Origin: a virus
Reading direction: 5' to 3' (one strand)
Virus record (IMG/VR): IMGVR_UViG_3300017605_000880
Location: 8,978-72,977 of that record
Length of the DNA stretch: 64,000 bases
In this document: positions 18,321 through 27,887 of the stretch, piece by piece
Numbering within the stretch: the first letter of the stretch is position 1
How the letters are laid out: every line of letters starts with the position of its first letter
Translations under genes and position numbers: made by a program
The notes under the pieces: generated by a model
Databases searched by the model: none
Seen by the model: only the letters and a program-made list of their open reading frames with translations
Told to the model about the DNA's origin: nothing

Positions 18321-20330
18321 TTGACCAGAGCGCTCACCCCGGCCCACGCCGCCCAGCTACAGGTCGGAACCATGACCACCGCAGGCTACGGCACCCCCGC
18401 CCTGGTCAACCCCGGTGGTCCGGTCGAGATCACCGTCACCCCCGACAGCGACGGCGACGGGCAGCACCTCGATACTGGCGCCACCGGGCTGTTGATGCGC
18501 AGCCTCGCCGAACTGGACGCCGCCCGCCCCGAGTACGCCCTAGCCGACGAGATGTACGACGGGACCGTCGAAGAACTACACGTCTCCGATGCGATCGCCC
18601 GGCTGTTGGCCCAATCCGGCGTGAACAACATCGAAAACCTGAACTACGCGAAAGTCCCAGTCGACACCATCGCCGAGAAGCTGCAGATCCGCGCGATCAC
18701 AGTCTCTGCCGGCGACCTGGCCGAGGACGACAGCCACGACCCCGACCGGGAGATCGGCGAAGCCGACCGCGACATCGAAGACGACCCCGAGGTCGACGAG
18801 CAGAAAGAAATCAGCAGCCACGCGCAGGAGCTGCTGGACGACATCCGGAAACGCAACCAGCTCGACGCGGAAGAACCCGAGCTGATGAAAACCTGCTCCA
18901 AATACGGCGAAGGATACCTGTTCGTCTGGCCGGTCGTGGCCGACCCGGAAGGCTACGAAGAAGCCTCACCGCTCGAACCGGACCAACCCGCCCGGATCGT
19001 CGGGGTCGACATGTTCGTCAACAGCCCGTACACCACCCGGGCGTACTACGACGCGGAGAACCCGCTGCGGATGACCCACGTCCTGAAATCGTGGGAGTGG
19101 TACGACGAGGCCAACGACACCGACCGGCTCCGCGCCACCCTGTACTTCCCCGACCGGATCGAACGTTGGGTGGTCAAGCTGCAGGGCGACCCGGCCCGCC
19201 GCGAAGACTGGGAACACTACGTCGAGGGCGACGAGCAGTGGCCGTTGGACAACCCGACCGGTGAGATCCCGTTCTTCCACCTGCGCAACGACCGCCCCTA
19301 CGGCAAACCGGAACACCGGGCAGCGTACGGGCCGCAGCGGTTGATCAACAAACTGGTCAGCACCCACGCGGCGACGATCGACTTCCAGGGCTGGCCCCAA
19401 CGCTATTTCCTGATCGATCCTAAAGCCGACGACCCGATGATGAACCTGCTCGACCCGGACAACCCGGAGGACGATGGGGACGATCCGGAGGGCAGTGGGC
19501 GCAGCCCGTTCCGGGCCGACCCGGCAGCAGTGTGGAAGATGTTCGCCAGCGCGGTCGGGCAGTTCCAGGCCGCCGACCCGCAGGTGTTCATGGCACCGCT
19601 GGACCGGTACATCAAATCGATCTCCGAACTGTGCGGGATCCCGCTGGACCGGTTCGTCGGCTATTCCACCCCGCCGTCGGGGGAGTCGCGGAAGGCCGCG
19701 AACGAACCGCTGTACGAGAAGGCCGGATCCCGGCAGGACTCGTATGGTCCGGTGATGGAGGACGCGTACGAGTTCGCGCTGCAGCTGCTGGGTGTGACCG
19801 ACGTGACGGTCGACGTGAAGTGGAAGCCGCTGCAGGTTGCGGTCGGGCTCGAGGACTGGAACATCATCCAGGCGAAGATCGGCAACGGTGTCCCGGTCCG
19901 GCAGGCGTTGATCGAAGCCGGCTACCCGGAGGACGAGGTCGACATCTGGCTGGTGGATGAGACCGGCGCGGACCTGGTCCGCCGGGTGGCGTTGTTGAAC
20001 TCGATCGGGACCGCGATCCAGGCGATGTCGGCCGGTGTCGCGGTCGGGATGGTCTCCCCGGAGCAGGCCGGCGACATCATCGCCCGGATCATCGGGGCGG
20101 TCGGGGAGAACCTGCCGCGCCTGGCGAAACCGGTCGCGTTGCACCCGCAGATGCAGCAGATGGCGGACCAGATGCAGAAGGACGCCCGGGGTCAGCAGAT
20201 GGCCGAACATATCGCGTCGGCTCCGGCGCAGCCGCAGTTCGACCCGGAGGGGAAGCCTATCCCGCCGCCGCCGGACCGGCCGCTGCCGCCTATGCCACCT
20301 CCACCTCCGCCGGTCAAGGTCGGCAGGTGA
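18321..20330 (+). CDS. portal protein (SPP1 gp6-like)
   Basis: NYAKVPVDTIAEKL, KYGEGYLFVW, NPTGEIPFFHL, QGWPQRY, PSGES; follows TerL. Confidence 0.9.
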   Translation: MTRALTPAHAAQLQVGTMTTAGYGTPALVNPGGPVEITVTPDSDGDGQHLDTGATGLLMRSLAELDAARPEYALADEMYDGTVEELHVSDAIARLLAQSGVNNIENLNYAKVPVDTIAEKLQIRAITVSAGDLAEDDSHDPDREIGEADRDIEDDPEVDEQKEISSHAQELLDDIRKRNQLDAEEPELMKTCSKYGEGYLFVWPVVADPEGYEEASPLEPDQPARIVGVDMFVNSPYTTRAYYDAENPLRMTHVLKSWEWYDEANDTDRLRATLYFPDRIERWVVKLQGDPARREDWEHYVEGDEQWPLDNPTGEIPFFHLRNDRPYGKPEHRAAYGPQRLINKLVSTHAATIDFQGWPQRYFLIDPKADDPMMNLLDPDNPEDDGDDPEGSGRSPFRADPAAVWKMFASAVGQFQAADPQVFMAPLDRYIKSISELCGIPLDRFVGYSTPPSGESRKAANEPLYEKAGSRQDSYGPVMEDAYEFALQLLGVTDVTVDVKWKPLQVAVGLEDWNIIQAKIGNGVPVRQALIEAGYPEDEVDIWLVDETGADLVRRVALLNSIGTAIQAMSAGVAVGMVSPEQAGDIIARIIGAVGENLPRLAKPVALHPQMQQMADQMQKDARGQQMAEHIASAPAQPQFDPEGKPIPPPPDRPLPPMPPPPPPVKVGR

Positions 20331-20333
20331 CCT

Positions 20334-21179
20334 GTGACGTGGGGACCGGACGACGAGCGGAAACACCCGCGCGACACTGAAGGCCGTTGGACTGACCGGC
20401 TCGATGCCCGGCTGCGCCGGCTGCCGGGCTTCCCGGCCGACGGGTTGAAGATGCAAGCGTCGGAGATGGCGTACCGTAAACGCTGGCTGGACGAGCACGG
20501 CCGGTACAGCGGGCTGGAGATCTGGCACCCGAACCAGGGCACCTGGATGGACGCAGCCGACGCCTTCCCGAAGGGCCGCTCCTACGGGCCGGCCGACGAG
20601 GACGACCCGATGAAGGGTATCAAACTGGACGACCCGTACGGGCTCGGGATGGACGCGCACTGGACCCCCTCCGCTCCGATCCACGTCCGCAGGAAACTCG
20701 AGCCGTCCCGCCGGGTCGACCAGACGCGGGAGAAGCCCAACCCGAGGATGGAGTACCTGCACGAGGAGACCGGCGTATGGGTGCCGGGGTCCAGGCTCGA
20801 CGTTGACCCTGACACGGGGATGTGGGATGCGTTCGGCAGTCCGTTCGGTTCGGGGAAGGTCGCCGAACGCCCGCACTACCCGCCGACGAACTTCGACAAG
20901 CAGACCGTCGCTTATGGGTTCACGCAGGAGGACCACGCGTTCAACGGGATGATCCGAACTATCCGCCTGCAGGATGTGGTCGACCAGCCGTCGTACCTGC
21001 AGGGCGGGTACCAGATGCTCGGGGAGGACGGCAACTGGCACACCTTGGAGGAGGTGTACCAGGTCTACCCGGAGCTTGAAGATTCGGATCTGTTCGAGTT
21101 GATCGCGGGGGATCTGCATTTCCCGGAGATCGAGGCGTCGTCGGAGTTGACGGTCCGCCGCACCCCAATGGACTACTGA
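20334..21179 (+). CDS. HPR-leader protein with repeated beta domain
   Basis: WGPDDERKHPRDTEGRW; C-terminus GGYQMLGEDGNWHTLEEVY...ELTVRR. Confidence 0.7.
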   Translation: MTWGPDDERKHPRDTEGRWTDRLDARLRRLPGFPADGLKMQASEMAYRKRWLDEHGRYSGLEIWHPNQGTWMDAADAFPKGRSYGPADEDDPMKGIKLDDPYGLGMDAHWTPSAPIHVRRKLEPSRRVDQTREKPNPRMEYLHEETGVWVPGSRLDVDPDTGMWDAFGSPFGSGKVAERPHYPPTNFDKQTVAYGFTQEDHAFNGMIRTIRLQDVVDQPSYLQGGYQMLGEDGNWHTLEEVYQVYPELEDSDLFELIAGDLHFPEIEASSELTVRRTPMDY

Positions 21180-21193
21180 CAGGAGGAACAACA

Positions 21194-21367
21194 ATGGCAA
21201 CCTACGGAGCGCCCCGGCAGGTGCCGGGCCGTAACAGCACCGGGCGCAGCGGGCAGACGGCCAGCGCGAAGCGTAAGGGCATGAAGGCGCTGCCGCCGCG
21301 ACGGACCGGCGGGTCGAAGATGACCCGCGACGGGTCGAACCCGATGGCCCACGGCGGGAACTGCTAA
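21194..21367 (+). CDS. small basic protein (57 aa, not in ORF track)
   Basis: AGGAGG RBS; MATYGAPRQ...KRKGMK...NPMAHGGNC. Confidence 0.65.
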   Translation: MATYGAPRQVPGRNSTGRSGQTASAKRKGMKALPPRRTGGSKMTRDGSNPMAHGGNC

Positions 21368-21377
21368 GGAGACGGCG

Positions 21378-22232
21378 ATGCGCCGCTGGAATGAGAAGGA
21401 CCACCCCCGCAACCCCGAGGACGGTAAGTTCCGGGACAAGATCGGCGGCGGCGGGTGGGCGCGGCGCATCTCCGACGCGATCGGACGGCGCCGGGGCGAG
21501 CGCGACCAACGCCGCGAGGACGCCCAATTCGAACGCGACCGGCGCGAGCACATGCGCACCCACCCGGGCGCGACTGCCCGGCAGGCTGCGATCCATGCGT
21601 CGATGCAGCAGTCGTTCCGCCGGGAGGACCAGGCCAGGGCGGCGGGCGACACTGCGCGGGCGGACAGGCTGCGGGCCCAGGGGTTCGATTTCATGCAGTC
21701 GTACCACCGGCCGGACCCGGGTGGGCCGTCGCGGCTGTCCCGGATGGAGGACGGCACCGGTTCGCGTGACCCCAGGCAGGTCGGTGGGCGTCCGATCGAG
21801 ATCAACGGCCAGACGGTCGGGTACGAATCGACCGGGCCTGGGATCCGGGGCGTCAACCAGGACGAGGAGGGGCTGCCCCGGGGCCAGTTGGATCGGGAAC
21901 TGGCCGCGCTCGTGTCTGACCTGGACCTGCCGGCGCAGGATGCGCAGGCGTTGAACGAGTCGAAACACCAGATCATCACAACCTACGTCGATGACCTGTT
22001 CGAGGTCGCGGAGGACATCCAGAACGGGGTCTTCCAGCACGATTTCGAGGAGGACCCCGACTTGGAGGATCTGGTGAATGCGATGGCGGATGTGGCGATG
22101 GACCGGCCGGACAACTGGGGCGCGATGCAGACGGCGGCGGAACGCCTACGGAAGTACATCATCCGCAGCGGCTACGCGAATGTGGCGAAGCTGCCGGCAC
22201 GCCCGCCGGAGTCGACCTGGAGGAGAGACTAG
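21378..22232 (+). CDS. HPR-leader protein, unknown cargo
   Basis: WNEKDHPRNPEDGKF...WARRISDAIG; RBS AAGGAG. Confidence 0.7.
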   Translation: MRRWNEKDHPRNPEDGKFRDKIGGGGWARRISDAIGRRRGERDQRREDAQFERDRREHMRTHPGATARQAAIHASMQQSFRREDQARAAGDTARADRLRAQGFDFMQSYHRPDPGGPSRLSRMEDGTGSRDPRQVGGRPIEINGQTVGYESTGPGIRGVNQDEEGLPRGQLDRELAALVSDLDLPAQDAQALNESKHQIITTYVDDLFEVAEDIQNGVFQHDFEEDPDLEDLVNAMADVAMDRPDNWGAMQTAAERLRKYIIRSGYANVAKLPARPPESTWRRD

Positions 22233-22234
22233 GC

Positions 22235-22264
22235 GTGACACACGCGGTGTCACTCTGATAGAAT
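22235..22264 (+). promoter_or_regulatory. promoter with perfect operator palindrome
   Basis: GTGACAC-acgcg-GTGTCAC; GTGACA-18-TAGAAT. Confidence 0.7.
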
Positions 22265-22270
22265 GGAGGT

Positions 22271-22468
22271 ATGGTGCGATATAAGACCAAGCGTACTGGC
22301 GGCACCAGCAGCAGCAGGATGGCCGCCGGGCTCGACCGTCTCGACCCCGTTACCCGATACGCTCTCGGGTACCGCCCCCGGAAGCTGACCTCAACCGGCG
22401 GCCGGATGCGCAGCTGGGTCCCAGGGGACCACCCCCGGGGCCGGGGCGGCAGATTCCGCAAGAAATAG
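22271..22468 (+). CDS. small basic protein with C-terminal HPR motif
   Basis: Ends SWVPGDHPRGRGGRFRKK. Confidence 0.65.
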   Translation: MVRYKTKRTGGTSSSRMAAGLDRLDPVTRYALGYRPRKLTSTGGRMRSWVPGDHPRGRGGRFRKK

Positions 22469-22478
22469 GAGGAGAGCC

Positions 22479-22664
22479 ATGGCAGTCACCGTCAAACCCC
22501 TCGGACGGGTCGGTAAGTACACCGCCCGAGGCCACCACGCCCACACCGCGATCGGCTACCTCAACAGCGGCGCCCCCCTCGCACACGGCGGCAACTTCCG
22601 TGGCGGGACAGCCGCACCCCGCGCCCGTCGCGGCGGCGGCGGACGCCGACGCAGCAGCTACTGA
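22479..22664 (+). CDS. small Arg/Gly-rich basic protein
   Basis: AGGAGG RBS; PLAHGGN shared with 21194 ORF. Confidence 0.65.
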   Translation: MAVTVKPLGRVGKYTARGHHAHTAIGYLNSGAPLAHGGNFRGGTAAPRARRGGGGRRRSSY

Positions 22665-22675
22665 GGAGTAAGGCC

Positions 22676-23563
22676 GTGGCCGATTGGGACCCGGGCAAAC
22701 ACCCCCGCGACCTGCGTGATGGGCAGTTCACCGAGTCGTGGGCCACGGCCATCTCCGACCAGATCGCCGGGGCGGTCGGCAGGGCCACATCCAGCCCGAA
22801 CCTGCCCCGGCTGCAGCCCGGCGGCGGGCTGCCCGCTGACACCCCCGCCGACGGGCGGGTCGACACGATCGCCGACCTGGCCGACGCCACCGCCCACCTG
22901 GACAGCGGCGGCCACGAACGGTTCGAGGGTATCGAATTCTACGTGGGAGACGTTGGCTGGGTCAACGCTGACGAGGCGCGGTTGCTGCCCACCACACGAG
23001 TCGGACCCAACGGCCAGCTCTCTGACATCGGTCCCACTATCGTCCTGGACAACTCGGAGATGACCATCCCCGGCGGGCTGGGCGGAGCAGTCGACGTCAG
23101 CCTCGAGGGCAAAGCTCGGTGGCGCCACGCCGACATCCGGCCAGTCAACATCGACCAACCACCGAACCCCGACTGGGAATACCTGGTCGACTTTTACGAC
23201 GAGTCGGAGTGGATCGACGCCCCGCAGATCGATGTGGCCGACGGGGAATGGGTGTACGACGGGGAGATATTGACCGCCGTCCTGGGGGGTCGTCCGATGA
23301 TCGACCCGCCCGAGATGGAAGGTCTGCACACCCACCCTCAGAAGACCACCGTCGGCGCCCGGCTACTGGACAACCTGCCCGCCTGGACCGGCGGCGGATA
23401 CCAGATCTACAACCCCGACACCGGGACCTGGCACACCATCGAAGAGATCTACCAGGACAACCCGGACGAAGAAGAAATCGAACTGATCGCCGACGGGTAC
23501 CACCTGCCGCACCTGGACACCTCGGACGAGATCATCGTCCGCCCGATACCTGTAGGGGACTAA
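22676..23563 (+). CDS. HPR-leader protein with repeated beta domain
   Basis: WDPGKHPRDLRDGQF; C-terminus GGYQIYNPDTGTWHTIEEIY...DEIIVRP. Confidence 0.7.
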   Translation: MADWDPGKHPRDLRDGQFTESWATAISDQIAGAVGRATSSPNLPRLQPGGGLPADTPADGRVDTIADLADATAHLDSGGHERFEGIEFYVGDVGWVNADEARLLPTTRVGPNGQLSDIGPTIVLDNSEMTIPGGLGGAVDVSLEGKARWRHADIRPVNIDQPPNPDWEYLVDFYDESEWIDAPQIDVADGEWVYDGEILTAVLGGRPMIDPPEMEGLHTHPQKTTVGARLLDNLPAWTGGGYQIYNPDTGTWHTIEEIYQDNPDEEEIELIADGYHLPHLDTSDEIIVRPIPVGD

Positions 23564-23565
23564 CG

Positions 23566-24033
23566 ATGGCCCGCGACTGGCACGAGAAGGACCACCCCCG
23601 CAACCCGGAAGACGGCCAGTTCGTCGACAAGGCCAGCGCCGGACGGTGGGCCAGCAGGATCTCCGACGCGATCGGACGGATGCGAGGCGAGCCCGGCCGT
23701 AGCCGCGAACAGCGTCGGATGGCCGACCCCAACGCGTTCATGCCCGGTCGTGGCGGGACCATCCGACACCCCGACGAGACCCCCGGGTCTGATCCGGACC
23801 CGGGCGACATCCGGTTCGCGCTGCAAAGCCAGGTCCCGTACATCCGCCAAACCGACCTGGACGCGCTGTCGGACGAGATGATCATGGAGGCGATCGACCA
23901 AGCCAAGGAGGACGCCGCGACCAACCCGCCCGAGGGGATCTCGTTCGACGAGTTCGTCGTGGACCAGCTGACCCAACTGCTGCGCCACGCCCACCCCAGC
24001 GAGCTGTGGCCACACCTGTCCGAGGAGGGCTGA
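23566..24033 (+). CDS. HPR-leader protein, unknown cargo
   Basis: WHEKDHPRNPEDGQF...WASRISDAIG. Confidence 0.7.
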   Translation: MARDWHEKDHPRNPEDGQFVDKASAGRWASRISDAIGRMRGEPGRSREQRRMADPNAFMPGRGGTIRHPDETPGSDPDPGDIRFALQSQVPYIRQTDLDALSDEMIMEAIDQAKEDAATNPPEGISFDEFVVDQLTQLLRHAHPSELWPHLSEEG

Positions 24034-24257
24034 TGGCGTACAAGGCGAGCAAGACCTTCCGACGGCAGATCGGGCAGGGCGTGCGTGCGTTGGGCCGCGC
24101 CATCGCCGCCGGGATCCGCCTGACCCGGCAGAAGAGGCTCCAACGGATCCGCACCGGCGAACTGCAGGGATCGGTCCCGCGCCGGCACAGCCGCGCCCGA
24201 GGCCGTGTCACAGCCACCCGGCACGGAATCCGCACCGCCCGCCGTAGACACCGCTAG
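24033..24257 (+). CDS. small Arg-rich basic protein
   Basis: MAYKASKTFRRQIG...RTARRRHR; TGATG coupling. Confidence 0.6.
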   Translation: MAYKASKTFRRQIGQGVRALGRAIAAGIRLTRQKRLQRIRTGELQGSVPRRHSRARGRVTATRHGIRTARRRHR

Positions 24258-24266
24258 GAGCCGAGA

Positions 24267-27200
24267 ATGGCGCGACGCCGATACGGGATGCACCCCGGGG
24301 ATGACGACCAACCCCGCTGGCCTGAAGGCACCCCGGTCCGCCCGGACGGGCACGGGCCGGGCGGTGGGCGGTTCCGTGGTACCGGTGATGTCGGCGGGGC
24401 TGATGTTGGCGACCTCGTGTCCGGGCTACAGGGCGCCTCGAGCCGGCCGTGGTACGAGACCGCAGCCGGGCAGATCGCACAGCAACGCGGCGGCGGACAC
24501 CCCCGGGTGGGGTACAACCTGGCTGTGATCAACGCCGCCCAGGCGCAGTACAACGAGAACCGGGGCGACGGGTACAACGACGACCAGCTGCCGCAGCTGA
24601 TCGGGCAGTACAACGTCGCGGAGGCGCAGGGCAACCCGGCTGGGCAGGATGTCGCGGTCGATCAACTCCGGTCGTGGATCGATTCGCACTACCCGGAGCA
24701 GTGGGCTGGCGCTCTGCCGGCGCGGGTGGAGGCCCGGGAGGCGCCCCGGGCGGCGGACCAGGACCAACGCAACCAACGGATCCTGATCCAGGCGTTGGCG
24801 TTCCAGTCGAATATCGAGGCGAACACCGGCGACCCGGACGACGATTTGGCGATCCGGATCGAAGCACTCGAGCGGCATCTCGGGCGGACTGGGCACCGGG
24901 TGGAGGCGGATCGGGAGGCTGCTGCGCTGCGGCAGTACATGGACAGCGAGATGGACCGGGAGGCGGCGCAGAACCCGGTGTTGCGCCGCCAGGCTGGGCA
25001 GGGCGATCTGGGTGAGATCCAACGGCTGCTCGAGCCGGCCGGGCAGTTTGCTGGGCCGCCGTCGGACCACGACCGGAACCTGCGGCTGGTCAACGCGATG
25101 GAAACCCCCGACGGGGGTGAGGTCACCGCCGTTGAACTGCTCGAACTGGTCGGCAACGGGCACCGGCTGGAGGTGTTGGGCCGGCACGGGTGGGATCGGG
25201 TGGAGACGGTCGACGTCTCCGGCGAGGGTGACCATTTCATCTACCTGGAGAACGACCCGGAGCCGATCTCGATGTCGCCGGATAGCCGGCTGGCGATCCG
25301 GTTCCCCCGGCCGAGCAACGTCGACGATGAGTGGCTGCAACAGCACGCCAACCGGCGGGGCCGGGCTGGCGGGGGTCCGCACCCGCTCGGTTGGGACACC
25401 GGAGATGAACCAGCCGGTGAGCCGGAGTTGGACCTCGGTGGGAACCCGGCCACCGACCGCGACGCATGGAACCGACTGGTCGTATATGTTGCCCGTCGTT
25501 CCATGGCCAGCAACCCCCGGAGCCAATTCGACGACGACATCACCAGACACATCATCCGTGACATTGGGCACCCCGATGTCACCGACGTGCAGGGGGTGGC
25601 CGACAGCAACGCCGAAACCCTGGCAGCGCGGTTGCAGCGGCTATATGGGGCCTCGATCATTGACCCACCAACCCGCCGCGCCGAGCCGCAGTTCACTATC
25701 CCCGAGACTGGGGTCATCTCCGCCGCCGAGGACGTGAACCGCGTCCGCCGGGTGACGGGCCAGGCGGAGGACGCCCACCTGACCGACATGCTGCGGGTGG
25801 TGCGGGGTGAACTCCCGGGCGACCCGCATGGCATGGTGGCGGCGATGCGGCAGCGGCTGCAGCAGATCCACGGCGTGGCCGTTCCTGGCGGCGACGAGTT
25901 GGATGTTTTGAGCGACCGCGACCTGCGCGACCTCGGCATCGAATACGACATCGCAGTCCCCGCACCGCCTCTGGCCCCCGACTACCGCGCCGACCTGATC
26001 GCCCGCATCCGCTACCGGCAGCAAGTCGACGCCGCCAACCGCGCAGTCTCACGAGCTGTCGCCCACAGCAACGTCAACTGGGCCGACACCCACATCAGCC
26101 ACCAACGGCCCGGGTTCTATCGCCAAGCGGTTGACGACTACCAGATGCCGTTGCAGATCCGCGACGCGCAGGGCCAGTGGCGTACCGTCACCTCGATCGG
26201 CCACCCGACCAACGGGCAGTACGAGATCATCCACGACGGACCGACCGGCCGCACGTTCGTCCCCGAGAACCACATGATCACCGCCCGGTTCGGGTCGGAC
26301 CGCAGCGGGCCGGACAGTGAGAACCGGCAGCGGTTCAACCAGCAGGTCGCGGTGGTTGCCGAGTCGATGCTCGAGCAGGTGGCTCCGGAGGACCGGGCGG
26401 ACGACGAAGGCTACACCCGGCTGCGCGCCGCGCTCGACAGCTACAACGACACCACCTCCAACCCGGATGACCAGGAGTCGATCGACTCGGCGGTGGACGA
26501 TCTGGTGAACGAACTGGCCGACTGGGATATCTACTTCGACGTCCCGCCGTACCAGGACTACGACAGCGGCGGCAGCAGCTACCTGCCGCCGAGCCGGTAC
26601 AGCGGCGGAGTCTACACCGGGGACGACCAAGAAGACGACTACGAACTGCCCGCAATCCCAGAACTGTACGGTAACGAACGGCTCGCGGACGTGATGGGCC
26701 AATGGCCGACCGACCACAACGAGGATCTGCCGTCCGGGTACGAGGACCGGGCGTCGGAGATCTGGGACTGGCACGACCGGGTCACCGGGTACCGCGCCGA
26801 GGTCATCGGCGTCAGCGCCGACGGCGACGGGCTGTCTGTCGAAGGCCGGGTGTACGACGGGAACAACGAGATCGGGAAGTTCACCCGGACCATCAGTCCC
26901 AGCAGACCGCACCGGATCTACCACGCCTACTTCAAGATGTACGACAACCAGGGCGGAGGGTTCGCCACCCGATGGCTGGACCAGGTTAAACAGCAATACC
27001 GCGACCAGGGGTTCACCGAGATCGGGGTCTCGGCCAACCTGGACGTCGGCGGGTACGCCTGGGCGAAGATGGGGTTCGATTTTGCTTCTCGCGACAGCGC
27101 CCGGCTCACACTCATAGGGATGATGAGCGAGATCACCGGCGCCCACCGGGCAGGCCGGATCGACGACCGGACGCTGCAGGAGGCGCAGGAGCTGCAACGG

Positions 27201-27380
27201 CGGTTCGACGCGGGGGAACACATCACCCCGTTGGAGATCGCGATGGTCGGGTGGCGGTCCCGGGCCGAGTTCGTCGACCTCGAGGATGCACCGGAGGATC
27301 CGAACGGCGACCCGATCGAGATGTGGTGGGGCAAACGGTTCCTGCTGGGCAGGAGTTGGTCAGGAGTGATGCAGCTGTGA
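24267..27380 (+). CDS. large multidomain (polyvalent-type) protein, QPRWP leader, C-terminal GNAT-like domain
   Basis: DQPRWPEGTP...GGGRF; QGGGFATRW...IGVSANLDVGGYAWAKMGFDF. Confidence 0.75.
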   Translation: MARRRYGMHPGDDDQPRWPEGTPVRPDGHGPGGGRFRGTGDVGGADVGDLVSGLQGASSRPWYETAAGQIAQQRGGGHPRVGYNLAVINAAQAQYNENRGDGYNDDQLPQLIGQYNVAEAQGNPAGQDVAVDQLRSWIDSHYPEQWAGALPARVEAREAPRAADQDQRNQRILIQALAFQSNIEANTGDPDDDLAIRIEALERHLGRTGHRVEADREAAALRQYMDSEMDREAAQNPVLRRQAGQGDLGEIQRLLEPAGQFAGPPSDHDRNLRLVNAMETPDGGEVTAVELLELVGNGHRLEVLGRHGWDRVETVDVSGEGDHFIYLENDPEPISMSPDSRLAIRFPRPSNVDDEWLQQHANRRGRAGGGPHPLGWDTGDEPAGEPELDLGGNPATDRDAWNRLVVYVARRSMASNPRSQFDDDITRHIIRDIGHPDVTDVQGVADSNAETLAARLQRLYGASIIDPPTRRAEPQFTIPETGVISAAEDVNRVRRVTGQAEDAHLTDMLRVVRGELPGDPHGMVAAMRQRLQQIHGVAVPGGDELDVLSDRDLRDLGIEYDIAVPAPPLAPDYRADLIARIRYRQQVDAANRAVSRAVAHSNVNWADTHISHQRPGFYRQAVDDYQMPLQIRDAQGQWRTVTSIGHPTNGQYEIIHDGPTGRTFVPENHMITARFGSDRSGPDSENRQRFNQQVAVVAESMLEQVAPEDRADDEGYTRLRAALDSYNDTTSNPDDQESIDSAVDDLVNELADWDIYFDVPPYQDYDSGGSSYLPPSRYSGGVYTGDDQEDDYELPAIPELYGNERLADVMGQWPTDHNEDLPSGYEDRASEIWDWHDRVTGYRAEVIGVSADGDGLSVEGRVYDGNNEIGKFTRTISPSRPHRIYHAYFKMYDNQGGGFATRWLDQVKQQYRDQGFTEIGVSANLDVGGYAWAKMGFDFASRDSARLTLIGMMSEITGAHRAGRIDDRTLQEAQELQRRFDAGEHITPLEIAMVGWRSRAEFVDLEDAPEDPNGDPIEMWWGKRFLLGRSWSGVMQL

Positions 27381-27613
27381 ACAGACAGGAATACCTGCGT
27401 AGGGCGGCGGAGATTCACACCGCGTGGTCCGCCCGGTACGCTGACCGGATCGAACCGGCGACGGGTGCGTCCAGCCCGCACGAGCCGGGCGGCGAGTCGG
27501 ATTTCGCCGAACATCACCACGATGTGTCGGCGCCGCCGCATTTCGCGGATCTGCTGGACGAACAGCTGCAGGCGTTGACGCAGGAGTACCAGGCTAGTCC
27601 CGACCGGGGGTGA
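27377..27613 (+). CDS. small partner protein
   Basis: GTGA-coupled to the 1037-aa gene. Confidence 0.55.
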   Translation: MNRQEYLRRAAEIHTAWSARYADRIEPATGASSPHEPGGESDFAEHHHDVSAPPHFADLLDEQLQALTQEYQASPDRG

Positions 27614-27672
27614 GACAATGGGCGGGAACAGCCGCCCATCACCCGACGTTGAACCACCGGAGGTTACACACG

Positions 27673-27885
27673 ATGCGCAAGGTGAGGATCCAGACCATCC
27701 CCGAACCCGGCAGCCACGAGAAGCCACAAGAACTCGGGCAGCTGGTCGAGAACAACGGGCAGATCATCGGCACCACCCCCGCTGCTGAGGAAATCCTCGG
27801 CCCCGACCCCGGACAACGCCAAGCCAAGTTCGACCGGTACCACCGTGGCTGGGCCAACGGGTACGTCGAAACCCTGGCAGCGTAG
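27673..27885 (+). CDS. small hypothetical protein
   Basis: GGAGG RBS; ends GWANGYV. Confidence 0.55.
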   Translation: MRKVRIQTIPEPGSHEKPQELGQLVENNGQIIGTTPAAEEILGPDPGQRQAKFDRYHRGWANGYVETLAA

Positions 27886-27887
27886 CT

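Noticed and set aside
20190-20330. Poly-proline portal C-terminus as a sequencing artefact or separate repeat
   Set aside because: In frame with varied codons; low-complexity tails are common on actinophage portals
20900-21179. Repeated beta domain as an intein/Hint domain
   Set aside because: No N-terminal Cys/Ser block or C-terminal His-Asn; too short
18966-22040. 1024-aa minus-strand ORF (also 42259-44148, 42575-44407, 37043-38383)
   Set aside because: Antisense shadows of portal, tape measure and capsid genes in high-GC DNA, with no motifs
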